Source: an uncultured bacterium (lineage in GTDB: Bacteria > Patescibacteriota > Minisyncoccia > Moranbacterales > UBA2206). Taken from it: DNA of 44,287 bases. Shown here piece by piece: positions 9,069-16,385 of the stretch. Location of the stretch: assembly GCA_903842445.1 (NCBI GenBank), contig CAIMLT010000077.1:1-44287 (forward strand), written 5' to 3'. A model generated the notes under the pieces. The model made no database searches. It had not been told where the DNA came from and saw only the letters and a program-made list of their open reading frames with translations. Position numbers and translations under genes: made by a program. The first letter of the stretch is position 1. Each line of letters begins with the position of its first letter.

Positions 9069-9957
9069 ATGATTTTAGGGATAAATTTTTTGTACTTTTT
9101 GCAATGTTCCAGATGGCAGGATTTTTTTTCAAAATTCGATAATCATACCAACCAAGAAAGCGTCCCCAGATTTCCAGTAAAATGACCAGCGGTGTGAAAA
9201 TTATTTCCCGCGAATTCCAGTTGAGATTTTTTACCAGGATTTTAAAAATTTTAATTCCGTTCATGGTTGAAACTTGATGATTAAAATTATTTTTTAGCCA
9301 GAGATGTCCGGCAAAAATTCGTCGTCTTTGACTGAGAAAATCACTGATTGTTTCCGGTCCTTTATTTTTAATCGTTGCTTCGGGGGCATAGGCGAGGTGG
9401 TAACCATTTTTCACTATTTCCGCTTCAAGACTGCCTTCATCGACGGCCGAGTTTTCGGGGATGCTACTTATGATATTGCGAAAAGCTACCACTTCACCCA
9501 TCTTTGGAGTTTCAATGGCGATGATGTGGTGCAAATGCCAAAGCAGATGCGTGGCGAAACCCATTAGCGTTTTAGGATTATCAACCGGAATAAGATGCGC
9601 GCCAGTCATTCCAATCCTGTTGTTTTCAAAAGGTGCGGTTAGTTTTTCTAAGCTTGATTCATTGGGAATTGTATCGGCGCTTTCCAAAATTAGGATTTCT
9701 CCAGTGGTATTTTTGAGCCAAAGATTGATGGCGGAAGATTTGCCTTTTCTCTTGAGTTGGCTAATTAATTTGATTCGCGAATCTTTTTGTGAAAAATTGT
9801 TAACTATTTCTTCTGTTCGATCGGTGCATCCGCTAGCGACAACGATAATTTCTGAAATTTCGAGTTTGATCAATTTTTGATTTTGGATAGCTAAAAGCAG
9901 ATGAGCAATGTTCTTCTCTTCATTATAGGCCATTATTCCAACAGAACATTTTAGCAT
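9067..9957 (-). CDS. Family 2 glycosyltransferase with C-terminal membrane segment
   Basis: GIMAYNEE, GCTDRT, GKSSAIN, ESAD, SQRRRI (QxxRW-like); ATG at 9957 preferred over TTG at 9972. Confidence 0.85.
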   Translation of the reverse strand: MLKCSVGIMAYNEEKNIAHLLLAIQNQKLIKLEISEIIVVASGCTDRTEEIVNNFSQKDSRIKLISQLKRKGKSSAINLWLKNTTGEILILESADTIPNESSLEKLTAPFENNRIGMTGAHLIPVDNPKTLMGFATHLLWHLHHIIAIETPKMGEVVAFRNIISSIPENSAVDEGSLEAEIVKNGYHLAYAPEATIKNKGPETISDFLSQRRRIFAGHLWLKNNFNHQVSTMNGIKIFKILVKNLNWNSREIIFTPLVILLEIWGRFLGWYDYRILKKNPAIWNIAKSTKNLSLKS

Positions 9958-10019
9958 AGTAGTTTGAATCAATTATTCCAAATTTAACACAGATATGCTT
10001 AGTAGTCCAGTTTTTTGGC

Positions 10020-10047
10020 TTGACAGGCGCAGTCCAAGTGTTAGTAT
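10020..10047 (+). promoter_or_regulatory. Putative sigma70 promoter for B12 radical SAM #4
   Basis: TTGACA (10020-10025)-N16-TAGTAT (10042-10047) with TGn. Confidence 0.55.
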
Positions 10048-10088
10048 TTCAGAAAGCAAACTTGCTTAATAAGCTTCTCTCATTTGTG

Positions 10089-11531
10089 ATGATGAAAATT
10101 CTTCTAATTAGTCCGGCCGTATTTCCAAAAAAAAACTCAGAAAAATATCATCAGCTTTTGCTTCGGATGAGTATTCATGGTGGAGATTCACCTCCATTGG
10201 GGCTAGAAGGCATCGCTTCTTCAGCCATGGAAGCTGGTCATCAGGTGAAAATAATTGATCTGCGAGTTGAGAATCTGACTAGGCTTGATTTTGTGAGGGA
10301 AATAAAAAAAAATGTGCCGGATATTTTCGGTCTGTATTTAACAACATTTAATATTCGTGAGGCACTTCAAGTGGCGAAAGTAATGAAAGCAGTTTTTCCT
10401 AAAATCAAAATTATAGTCGGTGGTCCGCATGTCGGAATATATCCGCAAGAAACATTGAAAAATTCTGAGTTCGATCTTGCACTAATGGGAGAGGCAGAAA
10501 ATACCTTTTGCGAACTACTTGAGGCGCTTTCTGGTGCAGGAGATTTTAGAAAGGTGAATGGAATTGTTTATCGAGAAAATGGTGAAATCAAAATTAACGG
10601 TAACTCAGAAACAATTAAGGATCTTGATGTGTTGCCTTTTCCGGCGAGGCGACTACTTAAGGGAAAATATCGTTATTTTGGAACTTTTCGGGAGCCATTT
10701 ACGACAATGATGACATCGCGCGGTTGTCCGTTTAATTGTGCTTTTTGTGCTAAAATTCCAGGGAGCGTGCGAACCAGATTTGCTAGTGCGAAGAGAGTAG
10801 TCGCAGAATTTTTGGAAATTAAAAAGCTGGGTTATTGTGAAGTGAATGTTTTTGATGATCTTTTCACAGTCAATCGGCAAAGAGTAATCGATGTTTGTCA
10901 GGGGATTTTGGAAAATAAAATTGACATCAGTTGGTCAATCCGCGCCAGAACAGATTGTATTGACGAGGAAATGCTTGTGTATTTAAAAAAGGCTGGCTGT
11001 TATCGAATTTATTTCGGGATTGAATCAGGCACAGATGAAATCTTAAAGTTAATGAATAAAAGAACGGATACAAGAAAAAACATGCAAGCGATGGAGCTGG
11101 CGCACAAAATTGGTTTTGAAATCGTGTCTTATTTTATTTTGGGTTTTCCCGGTGAAACGGTAGAAACGATGAATGCAACGATTGAGTTTGCCAAAAAATC
11201 ACCGACTGATTTCGCCTCCTTCAATATGTTTGAGCCATTGCCGGCATCCAAGGTACATGCGGATATGATTGCAACGGGAGTGAAAGACGGCTGGTTGGAT
11301 TTTTTGGAACTAAAAACCAATCGAATGCCAATCTATCACGGAGACTTAGCAAGATCCGAAGTAGAGAAGGCTTACAAAAAAGCGCTTCGTAGTTTCTATT
11401 TCAGACCGAAAGCAATTTTCAATCTTTTTCGAATGGTTAGAAATCCTGTGCGCTTTCGCAATTTTTTTCTGGTGCTTATCTCAATGCTAATCCTCAGTTT
11501 TTTCAAGAAAGATATCGAGCTAATCAGCTAG
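10089..11531 (+). CDS. Cobalamin-binding-domain radical SAM protein #4
   Basis: PPLGL, GGPHV, GEAE; SRGCPFNCAFC; FDDLF; GIESG; LGFPGET; start moved to ATG 10089/10092 (MKILLISP) because TTG 10020 lies in the -35 box. Confidence 0.9.
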   Translation: MMKILLISPAVFPKKNSEKYHQLLLRMSIHGGDSPPLGLEGIASSAMEAGHQVKIIDLRVENLTRLDFVREIKKNVPDIFGLYLTTFNIREALQVAKVMKAVFPKIKIIVGGPHVGIYPQETLKNSEFDLALMGEAENTFCELLEALSGAGDFRKVNGIVYRENGEIKINGNSETIKDLDVLPFPARRLLKGKYRYFGTFREPFTTMMTSRGCPFNCAFCAKIPGSVRTRFASAKRVVAEFLEIKKLGYCEVNVFDDLFTVNRQRVIDVCQGILENKIDISWSIRARTDCIDEEMLVYLKKAGCYRIYFGIESGTDEILKLMNKRTDTRKNMQAMELAHKIGFEIVSYFILGFPGETVETMNATIEFAKKSPTDFASFNMFEPLPASKVHADMIATGVKDGWLDFLELKTNRMPIYHGDLARSEVEKAYKKALRSFYFRPKAIFNLFRMVRNPVRFRNFFLVLISMLILSFFKKDIELIS

Positions 11532-11551
11532 GTGGTTGTTTTGTCCCTTTC

Positions 11552-11579
11552 TTGACACGTTTTTGACAGATGGTAGTAT
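11552..11579 (+). promoter_or_regulatory. Putative sigma70 promoter for the transporter/binder pair
   Basis: TTGACA (11552-11557)-N16-TAGTAT (11574-11579) with TGn. Confidence 0.55.
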
Positions 11580-11590
11580 ATTAGAAGCAA

Positions 11591-11752
11591 TTAGGGGATT
11601 TGCGGATTTACGGTCAGATGACTTGCGCGCTTACCGAAAAGTCATTCCCAAAGCGAAGTTTTTTATTATCTTGGTTAGTTTTCTGTTGGCTTATCGTTGG
11701 CTAGAGAGATTCTTGCGCGAAAAGCTTGCCGGTAAACGTGTAAATATACTGA
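11591..11752 (+). ncRNA. Candidate structured cis-regulatory leader, not a recognisable Rfam family
   Basis: Closing helix 11598-11614 with 11728-11745; hairpin ATGACTT/AAGTCAT (11618-24/11639-45); loop 11625-11636 can alternatively pair with 11730-11741 (11 of 12 pairs). Confidence 0.45.
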
Positions 11753-11782
11753 GTCAATTTATAATTTTTATTCTTAAAAAAA

Positions 11783-12325
11783 ATGTTAAAATATCGTGAA
11801 CAGCTAATCGTTTTTTTAATTCTTGTGTTAATTGGGGTTACTTATCGAGTCTTGCCTCATCCGGCCAATTTTGCTCCGGTGGCGGCAATTTCCCTATTTT
11901 CCGGCTTCTATTTCCGGCGCTATTTTATTTTTGTGCCAGCTTTGGCCATGTTGGCTAGCGATTTTTTCATCGGATTTTATAGCTGGAAACTAATGGTAGC
12001 GGTTTATTTCGGTATTTTTTTTGCCAGTTTTCTGGGAACTCTGATGCGAAAAAATAAATCAATTTTAACTCTTTTCACTTATTCATTGTTAGGTTCGGTT
12101 TTTTTCTATCTTTCAACCAATTTTGCTGTGTGGGCTTTTGGTAATTGGTACCCGCATAATTGGCAAGGACTAACAGAATGTTATCTCTTGGCGGTGCCGT
12201 TTTTCAAAAATACCATTGCCGGCGATCTATTCTATTCATCGATTATTTTCGGACTGTATGAGTTGGCAGTTCAGCCGAAAGAAAAACTAAGATTTTTTCC
12301 TAAATTAAGAACGAGCAAGATTTAA
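11783..12325 (+). CDS. DUF6580-like small multi-pass membrane protein, putative ECF S-component-type vitamin transporter
   Basis: 180 aa with ~6 hydrophobic helices; R.LPHP.NF.P..A..LF, SD...GFY, TNFAVW and CY..A.PFF.N...GDL motifs. Confidence 0.7.
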   Translation: MLKYREQLIVFLILVLIGVTYRVLPHPANFAPVAAISLFSGFYFRRYFIFVPALAMLASDFFIGFYSWKLMVAVYFGIFFASFLGTLMRKNKSILTLFTYSLLGSVFFYLSTNFAVWAFGNWYPHNWQGLTECYLLAVPFFKNTIAGDLFYSSIIFGLYELAVQPKEKLRFFPKLRTSKI

Positions 12326-12336
12326 GAGTCAAAAAT

Positions 12337-13197
12337 ATGAAAAACTTTTTGAAGGAAAGACAAAGTGGCATTTTTTTGCTTACTTTTGCATTTATACTCA
12401 TTACCTCAATTTCCTTGGGACACAAAGTTCAGTCAAGTAATGACGCTAACTTGTCTGGCAAAAATCAGCCATCAAGCAAAACAGAGATTGACTTGGATGG
12501 TGGCGAGTTGGCAGAAGTGGCTTCTGAGGTCAATCAAGATGGAATCAGTGAAGTGCCTTTTGATGAAATAGAAAAGGAAGAGGAAAACAAGATTGCTGTG
12601 TCAGCAGTGAAGGCTGGAGCAACTTCGGTTTCAAAAACCGAAGCAGAAAAATATTCAGCATTGAAAGAAAAATTGAAAAAATATTGTGATAAAAAATACG
12701 AATCAAAAAAATGCAAAAAATATCTCACAGAGACGAAAGCGCTTTTCAAGACAAATAAGGATTATAAAAGATTATATGAGAAATATCTAGAAAAAAAAGA
12801 AGAGAGAGAAGCGGATGACTCAGATGACTCAGATGATTCAAAAAGAACGCAAATTAGTCTTGAAGAAAAGGCGCTCACGCTGGATTTTATTATTAAGTTA
12901 CCAAGTGGTGAGAGTAAATTTGAAATCCAGTTTATGGAAGGTGAAACGGTCTATGAGGTAATGAAGCGGGCGAAAGAACAGGGTAAAATAAGCTATGAAA
13001 AAAATACTGATGAAACTTACGGTGTTTATATAAATACGATAAATGGTATCAAAGAAGGATCTGAAGATGATTGGACGCAGAATAAATACTGGATTCTTTT
13101 TGTTAGCGGAAGCAGTTCCAATCTTGGTTGTTCCAGTCATAAATTGAATAAATCGGATACTGCTATTGAGTGGAGATATGAAAAATATTCTTTTTGA
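12337..13197 (+). CDS. Exported protein with C-terminal DUF4430 (transcobalamin beta-domain-like) domain
   Basis: N-terminal signal/anchor; charged linker; TVYEVM...YGVYINTINGI...YWILFVSG...LG...IEWRY pattern. Confidence 0.7.
   Translation: MKNFLKERQSGIFLLTFAFILITSISLGHKVQSSNDANLSGKNQPSSKTEIDLDGGELAEVASEVNQDGISEVPFDEIEKEEENKIAVSAVKAGATSVSKTEAEKYSALKEKLKKYCDKKYESKKCKKYLTETKALFKTNKDYKRLYEKYLEKKEEREADDSDDSDDSKRTQISLEEKALTLDFIIKLPSGESKFEIQFMEGETVYEVMKRAKEQGKISYEKNTDETYGVYINTINGIKEGSEDDWTQNKYWILFVSGSSSNLGCSSHKLNKSDTAIEWRYEKYSF
12814..12840 (+). repeat. In-frame 9-bp tandem repeat encoding (DDS)3
   Basis: GATGACTCA GATGACTCA GATGATTCA. Confidence 0.8.
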
Positions 13198-13277
13198 ATT
13201 TTTTAGTTTGATTAAAGAAATGGTTTTTCCAATTAAGAATACAAGCTCTGAATCATATAATCTCTGAATAACCAAAA

Positions 13278-14768
13278 ATGAAAAACGAGCCAATGTTGGA
13301 TAAGAAAAATAAGGAGCGATTTAATTTTTTGGCTTATTGTGCGATAACTGTTTTTGTGCTCATTTTCATCTTGTTGGCTTTTGGGCGGCACGACTCCCTG
13401 CAATCATATCTCAATGATTTGGGAAATTACGACCAAATGATTTGGAACACTTTGCATGGGCGTTTTTTTGAAATTTCTGTCGGAATGCTTGACACAAATA
13501 ATTATTTCTCCGGTCATTTTAGTCCCATTCTCTTGTTTTTTGTGCCTTTTTATGCCATTTTTGCAAGTCCAAAGTGGCTTTTGATTTTTCAAGCATTGTC
13601 AGTTGGGCTAGGCGCCGTTCCGATTTATCTCTTGGCTAAAGAAAAACTGAAAAATTATTGGGCAGCGCTTATTTTTCTTCTGAGTTATCTTTTGAATCCA
13701 TTTCTCCACAATGCTTTGCTGTATGATTTTCACGAGGTTTGTTTTGCGGTGGGATTTGCTTCTGGGGCTTTTTATTTTTTGGAAAAGAAAAATAATAAAG
13801 CGTTTATTATCTGCAGCATTCTTTTGGCAATTTCCCAAGAGCATTTAGTTCTCTTGGTTTTCATGATGGGTTCCTATGCTTTCCTTATCCAAAAAAGAAA
13901 AAAGTTTGGTTCTTGGGTGAGTGTCAGCTCCTTGGCTTATTTCGTTCTAGTTTTGGCAGTCTTTATGCCAAGTTTTTCTCAGAATGGAAATCTGGCCCTT
14001 TTGGAAGGCAATGGTCAATATCAAAGCCGTTATGCTTGGCTTGGATCCAGTATGCCAGAGATAATCAACAATCTTACAAAATATCCAGATGTTATTTTTA
14101 AGTTAATGGTATCCAGGGAAAGATTGACATACCTATTTTTCTTAGTCTTGCCGGTTTTTTCGCTGGCTTTGTATTCTTGGCCGATTACCATTATTTTTCC
14201 AATCCTTGCTGTTAATCTTTTGAGTTCCAATTCAATGACCTATGATATTTTCTTTTATCATTCGGCAATCGTTATTCCGTTTGTATATTTTTCTGGCATC
14301 ATTGCTTTCAGTCGTTGGTTTGCTGTTGACAGGTTTTTGCGACGAGCATTTATTTTGGCTATTATTATTTCATCTTTTTTGAGTTTTAATTTTTTCAGTT
14401 TAGTGGGCATTTCCGGTTTTGGCATTTTTGCAGAAAGTCATCCCAGCGCTCATGCCAGAAGAATTGCTGAAGTGGATAGATTTATTCCTCCCAAGGCTTC
14501 ATTGAGTGTTCAGCATAATCTTGGCCCGCATTTTACGGAGCGCGCAGAAGTTTATCGATTTCCTGTGAAAAAAAACGAAGCGGAGTATATTTTATTAGAC
14601 CGAATGAATCCCTATGGTGAAAGCGTCAGGCATTTTGCTGATTTTGGTTATGCCTTGCAAATGGATGTTTCAGATTGGCAAAGAGATTCAATCGAGATGA
14701 TTGCTTCGCCGGATTACGAATTGATTTATCAGAAAGACGGATATTTAATTTTTAAGAAGAAACAATGA
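13278..14768 (+). CDS. DUF2079-family membrane protein (predicted GT-C fold)
   Basis: DLGNYDQMIW, GHFSPIL, L..QA, YDFHE and RYAWLG motifs; ~10 TM segments. Confidence 0.8.
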   Translation: MKNEPMLDKKNKERFNFLAYCAITVFVLIFILLAFGRHDSLQSYLNDLGNYDQMIWNTLHGRFFEISVGMLDTNNYFSGHFSPILLFFVPFYAIFASPKWLLIFQALSVGLGAVPIYLLAKEKLKNYWAALIFLLSYLLNPFLHNALLYDFHEVCFAVGFASGAFYFLEKKNNKAFIICSILLAISQEHLVLLVFMMGSYAFLIQKRKKFGSWVSVSSLAYFVLVLAVFMPSFSQNGNLALLEGNGQYQSRYAWLGSSMPEIINNLTKYPDVIFKLMVSRERLTYLFFLVLPVFSLALYSWPITIIFPILAVNLLSSNSMTYDIFFYHSAIVIPFVYFSGIIAFSRWFAVDRFLRRAFILAIIISSFLSFNFFSLVGISGFGIFAESHPSAHARRIAEVDRFIPPKASLSVQHNLGPHFTERAEVYRFPVKKNEAEYILLDRMNPYGESVRHFADFGYALQMDVSDWQRDSIEMIASPDYELIYQKDGYLIFKKKQ

Positions 14769-16300
14769 AATTTTTTTTGAAAAAAGTTGCCACTGCTTTT
14801 CATTATTTTAATCCGAGAAGAATATTTATAATTCTTGGGTTTTCTTTGATTTTTTTTATCGCGCTTCGCCCGCCAACCGATCCAGACATGGGTTGGCATT
14901 TGCGTGACGGAAAATATTTAGTGGAAAATCATTTTCAGGTGGCTAAAACCGATCAATTTTCTTATACGATGTCAGATTTTCCAGTAGTTATGCATGAGTG
15001 GATGACGGACTGGTTGATGTATGTTATTTCTGAAAAGGCTGGTCTTTTCACCTTATCTATAATTTCCGCACTGATCACCACTATTGCTTTTATTTTGGTT
15101 TCACTGGGAATGAAAAATGAATTAGAATATAAGATTATCGCGGGAATCATGGGGCTGATTGCCAGCATTCCAATTCTTGGTGTCAGGCCCCAGATGCTCA
15201 GTCTTCTTGGACTTGCCTCGGTAATTTTTATTATTTATGAATTTAAAGATGATCCACAGACGAAGAAGATTTTTTTTCTGCCGATGATTTTTTTTGCTTG
15301 GGCAAATTTTCACGGTGGGTTTCCGGTTGGTCTTTTTCTTTTAGCGTTGTTTATTTTTTTTGAGCTTTTCAAATTTTTTGTTCGATTTGGTTTGCGTAAA
15401 AAAAAGGAAAGGCGATTTTCGCGCTGGATTGGGGGCTATCTTGAAGACGGAAGAATAACTGGCCAAGCCTTGTTTCAAATGATGCTTATTTCTTTTGTTT
15501 CTTTTCTTCTGACTTTTGTCAATCCATATGGTTGGCGGATTTATGTTGAAGTGTTCACTACTATTTTTGACTCATATGCCAAAAGTGTTATCGGAGAGTG
15601 GCTTCCAGTTTCAGTGCTTAATCCGAGTAGCTCCCAATTTGTTGTCTATTTGACACTTTTTGGGGTTCTTTTATTTTTTGGTTTCAAAAAAATTGGTCAT
15701 GTGTATCTCGTTATAGCTTTGATTTTTCTCTATTTGGCTTTCAGCAGTTGGCGTCATGTGCCAATTTTTCTAATCATCAGTATTCCGCTTTGGGTTGAGG
15801 TTGTCAATAAATTGGCTGGACAAGAATTGTCTAAGTTGACGCGCAACAAATGGTTTTTAGTTGTCATGGCCCTCGTAGTTTTTTTAGTCGCCAAACAAGA
15901 GATCGAAATAGTTTATCCAATTTCAACTTCAATTGACAGATTGGCCAAGGAAGGTGCCTATCCGATGGGAGCCGTTAAATATCTCAAAGAAAATCCAATC
16001 AAAGGGCGAATGTTTAATGAATATAATTGGGGGGGGTTTCTGATCTGGCAATATCCAGAGAAAAAAGTTTATATCGATGGACGGATGCCAAGCTGGAGGT
16101 TGGGTGAGTATAAGGTATTCGAAGAGTTTGGTCAGGTTTTGCATTTCAAAGATAACTGGCAAGATATTCTCAATCGGCAAGAGGTGGAATTTGTTTTAGT
16201 GTATAATAGTTATATAAATAAAGTGGTTTTTTCCAGTCAAGGATGGGAAGAAAAATATGCCGATGGATTGGCAGCGATTTATGTTCGTCCGCAAAAATAA
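14765..16300 (+). CDS. Multi-pass membrane protein, probable GT-C glycosyltransferase
   Basis: DPDMGWHL..G, HEW, RPQ, WANFHGGF, NPYG, EW, FNEYNWGG and YIDGR motifs; ATGA overlap with the upstream gene. Confidence 0.7.
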   Translation: MKFFLKKVATAFHYFNPRRIFIILGFSLIFFIALRPPTDPDMGWHLRDGKYLVENHFQVAKTDQFSYTMSDFPVVMHEWMTDWLMYVISEKAGLFTLSIISALITTIAFILVSLGMKNELEYKIIAGIMGLIASIPILGVRPQMLSLLGLASVIFIIYEFKDDPQTKKIFFLPMIFFAWANFHGGFPVGLFLLALFIFFELFKFFVRFGLRKKKERRFSRWIGGYLEDGRITGQALFQMMLISFVSFLLTFVNPYGWRIYVEVFTTIFDSYAKSVIGEWLPVSVLNPSSSQFVVYLTLFGVLLFFGFKKIGHVYLVIALIFLYLAFSSWRHVPIFLIISIPLWVEVVNKLAGQELSKLTRNKWFLVVMALVVFLVAKQEIEIVYPISTSIDRLAKEGAYPMGAVKYLKENPIKGRMFNEYNWGGFLIWQYPEKKVYIDGRMPSWRLGEYKVFEEFGQVLHFKDNWQDILNRQEVEFVLVYNSYINKVVFSSQGWEEKYADGLAAIYVRPQK

Positions 16301-16310
16301 AAAAGAAATC

Positions 16311-16339
16311 TTGTTGATTTTCAAAAGGAGTGTTACTAT
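16311..16339 (+). promoter_or_regulatory. Putative promoter of the DUF916 operon
   Basis: TTGTTG-N17-TACTAT with TGn. Confidence 0.4.
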
Positions 16340-16385
16340 GAGTGCAGAATGGTTAATTTAAAAAAATGTAAACTAAAGTAAATTT

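Noticed and set aside
2147-11531. RiPP cluster or complete hopanoid pathway
   Set aside because: No precursor peptide, RRE, protease or exporter, and no squalene-hopene cyclase; neighbours are sugar enzymes
11580-11782. Canonical cobalamin riboswitch
   Set aside because: Conserved GGGAA, GCCACTG and B12-box elements not found by eye; kept only as a non-canonical candidate
11536-11799. 87-aa TTG-start ORF
   Set aside because: Starts upstream of the predicted promoter, overlaps the structured leader and has no recognisable motif
16029-16036. G8 tract as a phase-variation switch in the GT-C gene
   Set aside because: Short, in frame and explained by the conserved W-G-G codons; would need read-level indel evidence
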